Program-made: the position numbers and the translations under genes
Notes under the pieces: model-generated
Seen by the model: only the letters and a program-made list of their open reading frames with translations
Databases searched by the model: none
What the model was told of the DNA's origin: nothing
Assembly: GCA_963803705.1 (NCBI GenBank)
Contig: CAWDNU010000004.1
Coordinates: forward strand, 832,001-896,000
Length of the DNA stretch: 64,000 nt
Direction of reading: 5' to 3'
Origin: an uncultured Pseudobdellovibrionaceae bacterium
Lineage (GTDB): Bacteria; Bdellovibrionota; Bdellovibrionia; Bdellovibrionales; UBA1609
Shown: positions 24,249-34,421 of the stretch, piece after piece
How positions within the stretch are numbered: the first letter of the stretch is position 1
Layout: the number at the start of each line of letters is the position of its first letter

Positions 24249-24279
24249 TTAGGGCCTATGGAAGATTTGATCTAGGTTT
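24249..24279 (+). repeat. isolated degenerate copy of the MITE terminal repeat
   Basis: TTAGGGCCTATGGAAGATTTGATCTAGGTTT versus TTAGGGCCTGTGGAAGATTCATCTAGGTTT at 5312-5341. Confidence 0.7.
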
Positions 24280-24432
24280 CAAGAAAAAGGTTAACAACCA
24301 AACTAGGGACCAAATTAAGCCCAAAAGCGTCACTTGTGAAAAAATGTAAGACAGTGAAGTGTGCTTGATCGGTATTTAAAGCGGTTCTGAGCGGTCCCAG
24401 ATTTGTAATAATGGGTATGGAGGACTTAAACT

Positions 24433-25095
24433 ATGAAAAATATAAGTCAAGATTTAAGAGATTACAAGAAGATGGGCTTTCAAGCTTTTTTAACACTTAC
24501 AATGGCTTTTAGCTTTATAGCTTGTTCAGAAGATAGCGGCCTTTCGGCTAACACACCTTTCGGCAGCCAATACTACAATCAATCAAGTGGTGCTTGTGGT
24601 AATCAAAGATTCAATGCGGGCATTCCAGGCAACTCTGCTTGTCCCTATGGTGGCCAGATTATTAATGGTGAACTTGAAGGCTTCGCTGAATTCAGAGTAG
24701 ATGGTGCTATTTATTTAGATTTTGGACTTCAGTATAACGACCTATGCCCTGTTGGTGAGGTCCCAGTTTATGAATCAAGATACGGACAAGTGCAACTGGC
24801 TAAGTGTGAATACGTAGGAAATGACTTTTTTGACCCCACATTTATTTCAGGACACCATAACTCTAGCAGCTGTAGTGGAGGATACACCGGAGATAGAAAT
24901 TGCATCCCAGGTGCCGGAAGCTACAATTCTGGCAATCGTCATGATGTTAGGTACGACAATAGATACGATGGTGGATACAATGACAGATACAATAGCCGTT
25001 ATGACGACCGCTTTAATTATCAACGTGGCAACAACAGGCTGAATAATCGCCCGCACAATGACTCCCGCTATAACTACAACGATCGATATCTTTAA
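24433..25095 (+). CDS. hypothetical lipoprotein with Y-(D/N)-x-R repeat tail
   Basis: SD GGAGG; lipobox-like FIAC after a hydrophobic stretch; six further Cys; C-terminal YDNR YDGG YNDR YNSR YDDR repeats. Confidence 0.75.
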   Translation: MKNISQDLRDYKKMGFQAFLTLTMAFSFIACSEDSGLSANTPFGSQYYNQSSGACGNQRFNAGIPGNSACPYGGQIINGELEGFAEFRVDGAIYLDFGLQYNDLCPVGEVPVYESRYGQVQLAKCEYVGNDFFDPTFISGHHNSSSCSGGYTGDRNCIPGAGSYNSGNRHDVRYDNRYDGGYNDRYNSRYDDRFNYQRGNNRLNNRPHNDSRYNYNDRYL

Positions 25096-25106
25096 TATTT
25101 AATTTG

Positions 25107-25141
25107 AGCGTCAGAATTTGGCCCCCCCCAAATTCTGCGCT
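25107..25141. terminator. intergenic stem-loop (terminator or stabilising hairpin)
   Basis: AGCG(T)CAGAATTTGG-ccccc-CCAAATTCTGCGCT inverted repeat right after the lipoprotein stop; lacks a clear U-tract. Confidence 0.4.
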
Positions 25142-25171
25142 ACTATAACCTTCTGACCTAGGAGGTTATTT

Positions 25172-27193
25172 TTGTCTCACCCTATTTACGAATCCAAACT
25201 TTTTGATGCAGCTGTCGATTTTTCTAAAATTAAGTCTGAAAGTTTGTCGAGTGAAGTTGAATCAGCATTTCGAGAGGCCTTAAAAGAACGTGACGAGCTA
25301 ATAAAGAAAACTAATGAAGTGACTTGGGATAACACAATGGATGCCATGGAAAACTGTGGCCAAAAACTAGAACAAGTGATGTCCGTCGTATACAACTATT
25401 TTTCGGCCATGACAGATGATAATATCCAAAAAATTGTAGAAAACTACTCAAGTAAAATGTCGGAGTTTTCAAATTCGATCACGTTAAACAAAATATTATT
25501 TGAACGTGTAAAATTTATCTATGACTCCCCTGATGATTTCAATATGGACTTCGAACAAAAAGAACTCTTAAAAAAAACTTACGAAAGTTTCGTTAGAAAT
25601 GGATCTTTGCTAACGGACGAGAAAAAATCTGAGCTGACTGAAATAGATAATAAATTGTCAGAAATTTCACCCCAATTTTCAAAAAATTTGCTTCAGGCGA
25701 CTAAAAGTTTTTATTTAGAAGTCGATGCAGCAGATCTAGATGGACTACCCGATTCTAGTCTTGAACAGGCTAAATCCGATGCCGAGCTAAAAGATTTAAA
25801 AAATAAGCTTATTATTACTTTGGATATGCCAAGCTTTTTACCGTTTATGAAATATTCAAAAAACAGAGAGCTAAGGAAAGAGCTTTACATGGCTAACGCT
25901 AATAAGGCTTACAAAGGAAAATATGATAATCAGGAACATATTCGCAATATGGTGAAGCTTAGGGATCAAAAAGCAAAAATCTTAGGCTTTAAAAACTACG
26001 CAGGCTTTGTGCTGCAAAATAGAATGGCTGAGACCGAAGAACGAGTGTTTAGTTTTCTTAATCAACTTAAAGAAGCTGCTTTTCCAGCAGCACAAAATGA
26101 AGTCAAAGAGATCAAAGAGTATGCAAAAGCTAAAGATGGTATTGATAACATGCAGCCTTGGGACTTTGCATATTATTCTGAGCTTTTAAAAAAAGAAAAG
26201 TATGATTTTGATAGCGAGGTCTTGCGACAATATTTCAAACTAGAAAATGTTTTGCAAGGAGCTTTTGATCATGCCCAAAGGCTGTATGGACTTACTTTTA
26301 AAATAAGAAAGGATCTACCAAAGTATCATCCAGACGTTTCAGTTTTCGAAGTTTTTGAAGAAAAAACCAAGTCTTATATAGGATTGTTTTACGCAGACTT
26401 TTTTCCTAGAGACTCCAAGCGCGGTGGTGCTTGGATGACTAGCTACAGAGAACAAGGTCAGTGGTACGACGAAATTCGTAGGCCACATATTAGTATCGTG
26501 TGCAATTTTACTAAGCCAACTTCGACAAAACCCTCTTTGCTAAACTTTAGAGAAGTTCAAACTTTGTTTCACGAATTTGGTCACTCGCTGCATGGGCTAC
26601 TATCTAAATGCAAATACCGAAGTTTAAGTGGCACAAATGTACTTTGGGATTTTGTTGAACTACCTTCACAAATAATGGAAAATTGGACTCTTGAGCAAGA
26701 GGGCTTAAACCTTTTCGCCAAACACTACAAAACCGGTGAATCAATTCCAACAGAGCTTATCGATAAACTTCAAAATAGTGAGAACTTCTTGAAAGCGTAC
26801 GGTTCAATAAGGCAATATGTTTTTGCCCATATGGATATGGTTTGGCATACAAAGCCTGATACGAGCTTTAAAGACATACATGACTATGAAAAAGATATTT
26901 TTGGAGATGTAAAACTTTTTGAACACTATGGAAGCAGCTCTTGTAGCTTCAGCCACATTTTTGCCGGAGGCTACGCAGCAGGATATTACTCTTACAAGTG
27001 GGCAGAGGTTCTAGATGCTGACGCTTTTGAGTATTTTAAGGAAAAAGGTATATTTAACAAAGATGTTGCGGATGCTTTCAAAAAATTTGTTTTAAGTAAG
27101 GGTGCTACTGAACACCCAATGGAGCTTTATAAAAAATTTCGTGGACGCGAGCCAGACATCAATGCTCTACTGAGACGCGATCACTTGATATAG
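25172..27193 (+). CDS. M3 family metallopeptidase (peptidyl-dipeptidase Dcp / oligopeptidase A)
   Basis: HEFGH zinc motif, KRGGAWM, WDFVELPSQ, FSHIFAGGYAAGYYSYKWAEVLDADAF. Confidence 0.93.
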   Translation: MSHPIYESKLFDAAVDFSKIKSESLSSEVESAFREALKERDELIKKTNEVTWDNTMDAMENCGQKLEQVMSVVYNYFSAMTDDNIQKIVENYSSKMSEFSNSITLNKILFERVKFIYDSPDDFNMDFEQKELLKKTYESFVRNGSLLTDEKKSELTEIDNKLSEISPQFSKNLLQATKSFYLEVDAADLDGLPDSSLEQAKSDAELKDLKNKLIITLDMPSFLPFMKYSKNRELRKELYMANANKAYKGKYDNQEHIRNMVKLRDQKAKILGFKNYAGFVLQNRMAETEERVFSFLNQLKEAAFPAAQNEVKEIKEYAKAKDGIDNMQPWDFAYYSELLKKEKYDFDSEVLRQYFKLENVLQGAFDHAQRLYGLTFKIRKDLPKYHPDVSVFEVFEEKTKSYIGLFYADFFPRDSKRGGAWMTSYREQGQWYDEIRRPHISIVCNFTKPTSTKPSLLNFREVQTLFHEFGHSLHGLLSKCKYRSLSGTNVLWDFVELPSQIMENWTLEQEGLNLFAKHYKTGESIPTELIDKLQNSENFLKAYGSIRQYVFAHMDMVWHTKPDTSFKDIHDYEKDIFGDVKLFEHYGSSSCSFSHIFAGGYAAGYYSYKWAEVLDADAFEYFKEKGIFNKDVADAFKKFVLSKGATEHPMELYKKFRGREPDINALLRRDHLI

Positions 27194-27201
27194 GACAAAC
27201 A

Positions 27202-28053
27202 ATGTCTAAAAACTTAACTATTAAAAATGTGCTAATAGTTCACAGGGATGACACGCCTCAAGCTAAACAGCTAGGGGCAGATTTTATCCGCTACCTGTCT
27301 AATAAAAGTATCAAAGCTGAACTTATAAGTTATTTGGAATTGTCTAAGAAAAGCTTTGAGAATTTATGTGACTTGGTCGTTGTTCTTGGCGGAGATGGAA
27401 CTTATCTGTCTACCGTTGGCCATATAAAACCTTCGGTGGTTCCAATTTTAGGGATCAATATGGGCTCGTTAGGATTTTTGACAGAAACTAAAGTTGACGA
27501 CGCTTACAGCACTTTGGATATGGCATTAGGTGGTCTGCTTGAAAGCAGACCAAGACAGTTGTTGAATATTGATGTCCGCCACTCAGACTCGACAAGTTTC
27601 CTTGAAACTGCACTGAATGATATTGTTATTGAAAGGGGTGCAAGGTCACAACTTGTCCGTATACAGATTTATTCAGGTGATTTTCTGGTACAAGATTTGA
27701 AAGCAGATGGTTTAATAATTTCAACGCCAACGGGAAGTACAGCTTACAATTTGGCTGTAGGCGGGCCTATTCTTCATCCGGACATACAAGGCTTTGTAAT
27801 TACCCCTGTAGCACCACATAGTTTGACATCAAGGCCTATTGTTTTTCCAGATGACCTGGACCTAAAGATTAGATTAGCCGCAGGAAACCAAACGGCGCAG
27901 TTAACAATAGACGGTCGTAAGGTTTTAGAAGTCACTGACCAGGATTTAATAAAAATTGAAAAATCTAAACATGTTCATAATGTTTTACGAAAGAAGGGTC
28001 ATAACTACTTTGACCTCTTAAGAGAAAAACTAAAATTTGGGGAACGTAACTAA
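27202..28053 (+). CDS. nadK: NAD kinase
   Basis: GGDGT, GINMGSLGFL, ALND, DGLIISTPTGSTAYNLAVGGPI; upstream of recN. Confidence 0.95.
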   Translation: MSKNLTIKNVLIVHRDDTPQAKQLGADFIRYLSNKSIKAELISYLELSKKSFENLCDLVVVLGGDGTYLSTVGHIKPSVVPILGINMGSLGFLTETKVDDAYSTLDMALGGLLESRPRQLLNIDVRHSDSTSFLETALNDIVIERGARSQLVRIQIYSGDFLVQDLKADGLIISTPTGSTAYNLAVGGPILHPDIQGFVITPVAPHSLTSRPIVFPDDLDLKIRLAAGNQTAQLTIDGRKVLEVTDQDLIKIEKSKHVHNVLRKKGHNYFDLLREKLKFGERN

Positions 28054-28055
28054 TT

Positions 28056-29741
28056 ATGCTGCTTGAACTAAAAATTAAAAATTTTGTTATAATAGAAGAA
28101 ACTAGCATTTCATTCAAAAATGGCTTCAATATTTTAAGTGGAGAAACAGGGTCTGGAAAGTCTGTGCTTCTTAAAGCTTTATCTGTTCTGATGGGGGCTA
28201 GCTCATCCAATGATTTAGTCGGGCCCTATGGATCTGAATCCAACGTGGAAGGGTTTTTTGATATTTCTGAACGCTCCGATATTAAAAAAAGATTGTTAGA
28301 ACTAGGTATTCAATGTGATGATGACACTATTATTGTTAGACGCCTGTTGGGTAAAAAAAATAGAGTGTTTATAAATGGCTCTTTAGTCACATTGACTGAA
28401 CTTAAAAATTTAGTAACCCCAATTTTAGAAATAGCAGGCCCATTCGCCGCACCACTTATGGAAATGACTGGCCAACACGACACAAAACAGTTGTTGTCGA
28501 CTGGTTATCATAGGTTCTTACTAGATCTTTATGCTAATTTAGGTAGTAAACTTGATATTTACAAGACTAAGTACACTCTGCGAGAAAAGCTGATCCAGCA
28601 GATCGAAGATATAGAAAGTAAATCTAAAACTAATGTACATCAGTTGGACTTTATAAAGTATCAACTAAATGAAATAGAAAAATTTCAGTTAGATTTAGTT
28701 CAAGATGCAAAGCTTCAGGATCGTATTTTCCAAATCAAAAATAAACAAAAGTTTCTAGATTTTTTATCAAACACTGACGATCTTTTAAATCAACAAGATT
28801 CGTCTGTAATTTCAAGTTTGCACAAAATTGTAAAAATGGCAGAGCCCTTTGAGGCTAGTTACATTGCCATAAACACTGCTCTGGATAATTTAAGAACTTC
28901 TATTTCTTTGGTAGAAGATGCCTCATTTGAGTTGTCAAACCTTGCAACAGAAGATCTAGAAAACGGTGAAAGCTTAGAGGACTTAACTGAACGCTTTTCG
29001 AAATTAAGAGGCTTACAGAAAAAATATGGTGATGATCTAAATGAAATAGTAAAGGCTGAAGAGAGCTTAAGAGTTGAAATCGAAACTTTAGATAATGTAG
29101 ACGCTATATTAGAAGAGAAGTACGATGAACTTGAAACACTAGAAGCAGATTTGATGGGACTTGCCTCGACCATGCATGACCTAAGAAAAAACTCTTCAGA
29201 AACAATCGTAAAGAAAGTAAATGCTCAGCTTGAAGATTTAAATATGAAAGGTGTTAAATTTTTTATCGGATTAGAACGAACAAATGAGCTTAATAAGTAT
29301 GGAAATTCTAAGATTGAATTTTTAGTTCAGTCACATAAAGATTCTGATAAAAGGCCGCTCGCAAAAACTGCCAGTGGCGGTGAACTTAGCCGAATTTTGC
29401 TTTCTATTAAAACTGTGCTCGGTGAAAATGAATGGCCGCGTACCTACCTTTTTGACGAAGTTGACACGGGTGTTAGTGGACCTACGGCGCAATTAGTGGG
29501 AAAAAAACTAAAAGAGATGAGCATGGATCAACAGGTTTTATGCGTGACTCATCTGCCACAGGTTGCAGCCCAAGCAGATCATCATTTTGTGATTGAAAAG
29601 CTTCCCAAGGGGGATCAGTTTCACATGCAAGTCAGAGAACTTGACCGCAAGCAAAGAATTAACGAAATAGCCCGGCTTATTTCGGGTGAAACAATTTCGG
29701 ATTCAAGCCGTGAGCACGCCCGAAAGCTATTGGGACTGTAA
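28056..29741 (+). CDS. recN: DNA repair protein RecN
   Basis: SGETGSGKS Walker A, GQHD, coiled coil, ASGGELSR, FDEVDTGVSG, QVLCVTHLPQVAA. Confidence 0.96.
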   Translation: MLLELKIKNFVIIEETSISFKNGFNILSGETGSGKSVLLKALSVLMGASSSNDLVGPYGSESNVEGFFDISERSDIKKRLLELGIQCDDDTIIVRRLLGKKNRVFINGSLVTLTELKNLVTPILEIAGPFAAPLMEMTGQHDTKQLLSTGYHRFLLDLYANLGSKLDIYKTKYTLREKLIQQIEDIESKSKTNVHQLDFIKYQLNEIEKFQLDLVQDAKLQDRIFQIKNKQKFLDFLSNTDDLLNQQDSSVISSLHKIVKMAEPFEASYIAINTALDNLRTSISLVEDASFELSNLATEDLENGESLEDLTERFSKLRGLQKKYGDDLNEIVKAEESLRVEIETLDNVDAILEEKYDELETLEADLMGLASTMHDLRKNSSETIVKKVNAQLEDLNMKGVKFFIGLERTNELNKYGNSKIEFLVQSHKDSDKRPLAKTASGGELSRILLSIKTVLGENEWPRTYLFDEVDTGVSGPTAQLVGKKLKEMSMDQQVLCVTHLPQVAAQADHHFVIEKLPKGDQFHMQVRELDRKQRINEIARLISGETISDSSREHARKLLGL

Positions 29742-30018
29742 ATATTTTTTAAGTAGATTTCACTTGGTCTTATCTTTCCCAGGGTAAATTGACCGAATTA
29801 GCCCCAAACGATTCTGACAGCCTATCGGCGTCATAACCGAATTCCTTAGTACCGAATGATAAAATCAATAGCCCTGCTTAAACGTAGACACACGAGTGAC
29901 ATTTTGTGGCCGTAAGAACAAAGGTTTAGTCAGTTTGAATGTATTTATCTATGGGTATATTCAATCTTAGCATTAGTTTTTTGAGCATAGATATTGCTCC
30001 GACAAGGGTGTTAAAGGA

Positions 30019-31266
30019 GTGACTATGAAAGTACTAATTATTTTATCTTTTATATTATGTTCAGCCACAGCTTATTCTGACACCGACAGTGCTTCAAAAG
30101 ATGTTGAGAAGGTCCTTAGTTATCTTCCAGAATCAATCCGGACAAAGCTAGATGATTACCTAAAAATGATTGGCATTAGTTCCTATGATGATCCTAGTTG
30201 GGTCGGTGAAGACAATGAAGGCTTGAGAGGCTATAACGATCAACTTCTGGGTCGGAACAGATGCTTGTCTAAATTGGCAGAGGATTTTTATAAGGAATTA
30301 CCAAAAACAGATATAAAAACTGGATTTTTGAAATCTGATTTTAGCATTAATTACCAATCAGAAAATCCTGGGTGGCTTCTAAGATATGCCAATACAAAGA
30401 CTAAAGGAAATGGAAACCTGGCTGTCACATTATTAGGGCTATGTGGGCATGACAACGCGGCCTCGTCGGTTAGTACCTTCAATGGCGGAAAAATATACTG
30501 CCCAAAGAACATGTTTGCTCCTCAGGCGCTAGGTTCAGAGTTCAACATCGAGAAGAGTCTAATCGATAAAGTCACTAACATCCAATCACCTAACATGGGT
30601 GCGAAAGCACTCCCTGCTAAAAGCTATCATATCTTAGCTTCAGCTTACCAAACTTGTTCGTTAGTGAAAAATGGGGTTCCTGGCCTTATGGCCTCTAAAA
30701 TACAGAATAAACTTATATATACTTATAGGATTAAGCGCTTATGTGAGAAGAAAATGATAGGCAACTATAATTTCGAGCACAATAGACTAGGCCGGCTATT
30801 CAAAAGCGAAGATCTATCAGTTGTAAGAGAAAAACTGCTAAGAGAGGCTCAGCTTTGTAAAGATAAAATTGAATCAGACGAGTGCCAAGACTTAACCAGC
30901 CTATTGAGTGAAGACGATATTATAGATGGTAACATCAAAGCTATTAATTCTGGTATTTCTCGTCTTGCTGAATTTTATTTCGCTCACTCTCTGATGCATG
31001 AAAATATAAAGAATAATGACCTATGCTCGAATATTCAAATGACTCATGCAATTTATAAAAAGCTTGATAAAATATCTAAAGATAACCGCTTGTGCGGGGA
31101 TCTTTCACCAGATCAGTGTGAGATAGGTCAACGAATTATAAGTACATGGACTGTTGATATCGAATGGTCAGAGTCCCAGCATTTTTTAGGGTCTAAAATT
31201 GCTCGTGAGAGCTGTTCTACAAAAAATATTGATCTTGAGGAAGCGGCCTGTAGCCTGGTCGACTAA
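30019..31266 (+). CDS. secreted Cys-rich hypothetical protein
   Basis: Signal peptide MKVLIILSFILCSATAYS; 12 Cys in the mature part; SD AAGGAG; likely start ATG 30025. Confidence 0.75.
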   Translation: MTMKVLIILSFILCSATAYSDTDSASKDVEKVLSYLPESIRTKLDDYLKMIGISSYDDPSWVGEDNEGLRGYNDQLLGRNRCLSKLAEDFYKELPKTDIKTGFLKSDFSINYQSENPGWLLRYANTKTKGNGNLAVTLLGLCGHDNAASSVSTFNGGKIYCPKNMFAPQALGSEFNIEKSLIDKVTNIQSPNMGAKALPAKSYHILASAYQTCSLVKNGVPGLMASKIQNKLIYTYRIKRLCEKKMIGNYNFEHNRLGRLFKSEDLSVVREKLLREAQLCKDKIESDECQDLTSLLSEDDIIDGNIKAINSGISRLAEFYFAHSLMHENIKNNDLCSNIQMTHAIYKKLDKISKDNRLCGDLSPDQCEIGQRIISTWTVDIEWSESQHFLGSKIARESCSTKNIDLEEAACSLVD

Positions 31267-31392
31267 CCTTGTCATTGATCAAAATAATTTTAGTTTTAAT
31301 AAGCATTGTTGAGTACAGCAATGTTTATTTCTTATTTCAAAGCCACTCATTTAAGCTTGCTTTTTGATCTAAATATTTGGAGCTTTTAGTTT

Positions 31393-31792
31393 TTATGCCG
31401 TGATTTTTTGAGCTTTGCTAATCCTAACAAGCTTAATATCTTTATTTGCAGAGAGGGCTTTAAAGTCATCCCACTTATTAAATCTAATCTCAAATTTTTG
31501 TTTGTAAATGGAGTGCCTTAATTCATCAGCAATAAAACATCTAACGCCATTAATACTTACTGTGTGGTCTCTGCCGACAACTCTAAATTCTTTAAGACAA
31601 AACACATCACTTAAATCGGTTTGACCAGCTAGGCTTTTATAGGCACTTAAGGGGTTATGGGCTTTAACCATATACTTTTGATTATGATGATATTGCAGAT
31701 ACGTGGTTTATAAATAATAGCTAGCTTCTTTATGGTCGTAATTCCTTTTAATCTTAGCTCTGGAATTAGCCTGTCTTGTAAAGTCTTAAATG
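31393..31792 (-). pseudogene. IS1202/ISNCY-type transposase C-terminal remnant
   Basis: Minus strand encodes FKTLQDRLIPELRLKGITTI, then a frameshift and stop, then DLSDVFCLKEFRVVGRDHTVS; both are characteristic of this transposase family. Confidence 0.75.
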
Positions 31793-31927
31793 GAATTTTT
31801 TTCAGATGAATACGATATCAGTGATATTTTTGTACCCGTAAAATTTTTAGGAACCAAAGACTGCTAAGCCAGAATATCTAAGTTCTGCCAGCGCAATATT
31901 TTTCTTGCTGCTATTTTATGAGTTCAT

Positions 31928-32698
31928 TCAAACTTGATAAAATTGAAACTCGCCCTGTTTGTCTAAACCTAAGATCCATTTTTCATCGAACCAAGATCCT
32001 AAATTAATGACTGTTTTTTGATCATGAGTTTCCATTAGTCGTTCATGGGTATGACCTGCAATAAAGACGTCTGCAGAAAAAATTTTTAACTGACGATTAG
32101 CATATGATCTAAATTTATTTTTAACGATTCTAGATTTTTCATTAGACCTGACTTTGGTGGTCTTAGAACTTTGTTTAGAAAAATAATAGCCAATACCAGC
32201 CACTATAAAGTCGGGTACAATCTTGTGGCTAAGAAATTTAAGCCAGTTTTTTCTTAAAAATCTTCTTAGAAATAAGTAATTTTTGTCTTCTGGATCAAAT
32301 AAATCACCATGTTCTAATACTATTTTTTTGTTGTTAATTTCAACAATCTTTCGCTCTGGAACAACTTCAAATCCGTACCTTTCAGTTAGAGACTTAAATA
32401 GGTGAACATCATGGTTGCCCTCGAAGAAAATGACTTCTGAATTTTCTTTATTATAGCGACTAAGTTTTTCAAGTAATATTTTGGACTTAGCCTTTACAGG
32501 AGAAGCGTCTCCGAACCAAAAATCAAAAATATCACCAACTAAAAATAGTTGAGCATTGCTGTTTATATTATTAAGGTAGTCTACGAAGTTTACCAAACGT
32601 TCGATATCTTCTGATTTTGCGCCTCTTAAATGCAAATCTGACATAAAAAAAGCAACAAAGCTTTGGCCTTGTTGCTTATATAGGTCTTTTGCGTTCAT
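31928..32698 (-). CDS. lpxH: UDP-2,3-diacylglucosamine diphosphatase (LpxH-like metallophosphoesterase)
   Basis: SDLHL, GDIFDFW, GNHD, HGD, GHTH, NLGSW motifs. Confidence 0.8.
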   Translation of the reverse strand: MNAKDLYKQQGQSFVAFFMSDLHLRGAKSEDIERLVNFVDYLNNINSNAQLFLVGDIFDFWFGDASPVKAKSKILLEKLSRYNKENSEVIFFEGNHDVHLFKSLTERYGFEVVPERKIVEINNKKIVLEHGDLFDPEDKNYLFLRRFLRKNWLKFLSHKIVPDFIVAGIGYYFSKQSSKTTKVRSNEKSRIVKNKFRSYANRQLKIFSADVFIAGHTHERLMETHDQKTVINLGSWFDEKWILGLDKQGEFQFYQV

Positions 32699-32704
32699 AA
32701 CTAT

Positions 32705-34408
32705 TTATCGATCACGCAAATATGCGGGCACATCAACAGAAGTATCTGACTTCTTTTCTTCTTTATTATCTAAACCTTTCTCATTCATTGATTTTGCGAC
32801 ATCCATCGCATTCTGGGGAGCTTGGCTATTAAGAGAATTATGACTAGAAGAATGTTGAACTCTTTCAGTTTTAACACGTTCTTGTTCTTCCCTAAATGCA
32901 CGAGCTTTAGCTAAAAGCTCGTCCCTTGGAGTAGCGCCAGGTTCAGCCATTTCATTTTCAACCAAAGGTTTATTGCTTTGAGATTCAAAAATTTTAGGCC
33001 TAGTCATTTCAGGCATAGATGTATGACTGCGCTCTGCATCTCTTGATTCATGTTGCGAGCTTGCACGCTGAGTCTGAACCGGAGATATCGGTGTGGGACG
33101 TTCGTCCTCGAATTTACGGGTTTCAGAGGGCGTCTGGTCGGTCGACTGCTGATAAGGATTTACTTCAGGTCTTACCTGAAACGAATCCTTTACAGAACTT
33201 GAGCTTGAACTTGAACTTGAAATTGAATTTGAATTTAAATTTAAATTTGAGCCTGGCGCCGCATCTTGAATCTGCCGTTCACGGCTAGAACCGTAGCTAG
33301 ACTGGTTCGATGAATGTTGAGGGATTTGGCTTTGTTCTATGTTCTGCCTTAGCACATCTTTGGCCTTAGCGACCATCATATCATGAGCGGTCTGGGTGTT
33401 TATGTTTGAGTTTGTATGGTTCACCATATGGCGTTCCGGTTGGACTGAATTAGGCTGGTCAAAACCTGTGGCAATAACTGTAACCCTTACTTCATCACCC
33501 ATTTTTTCGTCAATAACAGCACCAAAAATAATTTCAGCATCTTCGTGGGCAGCCTCAGTAATAAGTGTAGATGCTTCATTGACCTCCCAAAGGGTTAGAC
33601 CAGGCCCACCTGTCACATTAATAATAATACCTGTGGCTCCTTCGATGGAAACATTTTCCAGTAATGGCGAATTAATTGAAAACTTAGCCGCCTCTACAGC
33701 ACGTCCTTGTCCAGATGATAAACCAGATCCCATAATAGCCATACCTTTTGCCGACATTACAGTTCTTATATCTGCAAAATCTAAATTTATCAGACCACGA
33801 ATGTTGATTAGATCTGAAATGCCCTTTACGGCTTGATATAAAACTTCGTCAGCTTTTTTAAAAGTATCTATCAAAGGCGTGTTTTCGTTCGATACAGCCA
33901 ATAGCTTTTGATTAGGAATAACAATCAGAGTATCTACATTTTCTTGCAATTCTTGGATGCCAAGATCTGCATGTTTTCCTCTTTTCTTACCTTCAAACAT
34001 AAAAGGTTTAGTCACAACACCAATGGTTAGTGCCCCAAGCTCCTTAGCAATTTTTGCTACAACAGGTGCTCCGCCAGTTCCAGTTCCGCCGCCCATTCCA
34101 GCCGTAACGAAAACCATGTCAGAGCCTTCTAACTGCTCGACAATGGAATTATAAGATTCGATCGCAGCACGTTTGCCGATTTCAGGATTAGCTCCTGCGC
34201 CGAGTCCTTTTGTCAGTTCTGTGCCTAAGCGGATTTTGCCATCCGCTTTATTCGCCGCCAGAGCTTGAACGTCTGTGTTAGCAACAACAAATTCAACGCC
34301 ATCAAGACCGTTATCCATCATTGTTTGGACAGCGTTACTACCGCCGCCACCTACACCTACAACTTTTATTGTTGCACCAACATTTGGGCTTTCTTCTATT
34401 TCAAACAT
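32705..34408 (-). CDS. ftsZ: cell division protein FtsZ with long C-terminal linker
   Basis: [20 protein letters not shown] tubulin signature, INLDFAD, C-terminal DVPAYLR. Confidence 0.98.
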   Translation of the reverse strand: MFEIEESPNVGATIKVVGVGGGGSNAVQTMMDNGLDGVEFVVANTDVQALAANKADGKIRLGTELTKGLGAGANPEIGKRAAIESYNSIVEQLEGSDMVFVTAGMGGGTGTGGAPVVAKIAKELGALTIGVVTKPFMFEGKKRGKHADLGIQELQENVDTLIVIPNQKLLAVSNENTPLIDTFKKADEVLYQAVKGISDLINIRGLINLDFADIRTVMSAKGMAIMGSGLSSGQGRAVEAAKFSINSPLLENVSIEGATGIIINVTGGPGLTLWEVNEASTLITEAAHEDAEIIFGAVIDEKMGDEVRVTVIATGFDQPNSVQPERHMVNHTNSNINTQTAHDMMVAKAKDVLRQNIEQSQIPQHSSNQSSYGSSRERQIQDAAPGSNLNLNSNSISSSSSSSSSVKDSFQVRPEVNPYQQSTDQTPSETRKFEDERPTPISPVQTQRASSQHESRDAERSHTSMPEMTRPKIFESQSNKPLVENEMAEPGATPRDELLAKARAFREEQERVKTERVQHSSSHNSLNSQAPQNAMDVAKSMNEKGLDNKEEKKSDTSVDVPAYLRDR

Positions 34409-34421
34409 GCATTCCCCCTAA

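Noticed and set aside
29896..29920. GTGACATTTT...ACA resembling an IS1202/IS481 terminal repeat
   Set aside because: Wrong orientation for the minus-strand transposase remnant and no partner end found.
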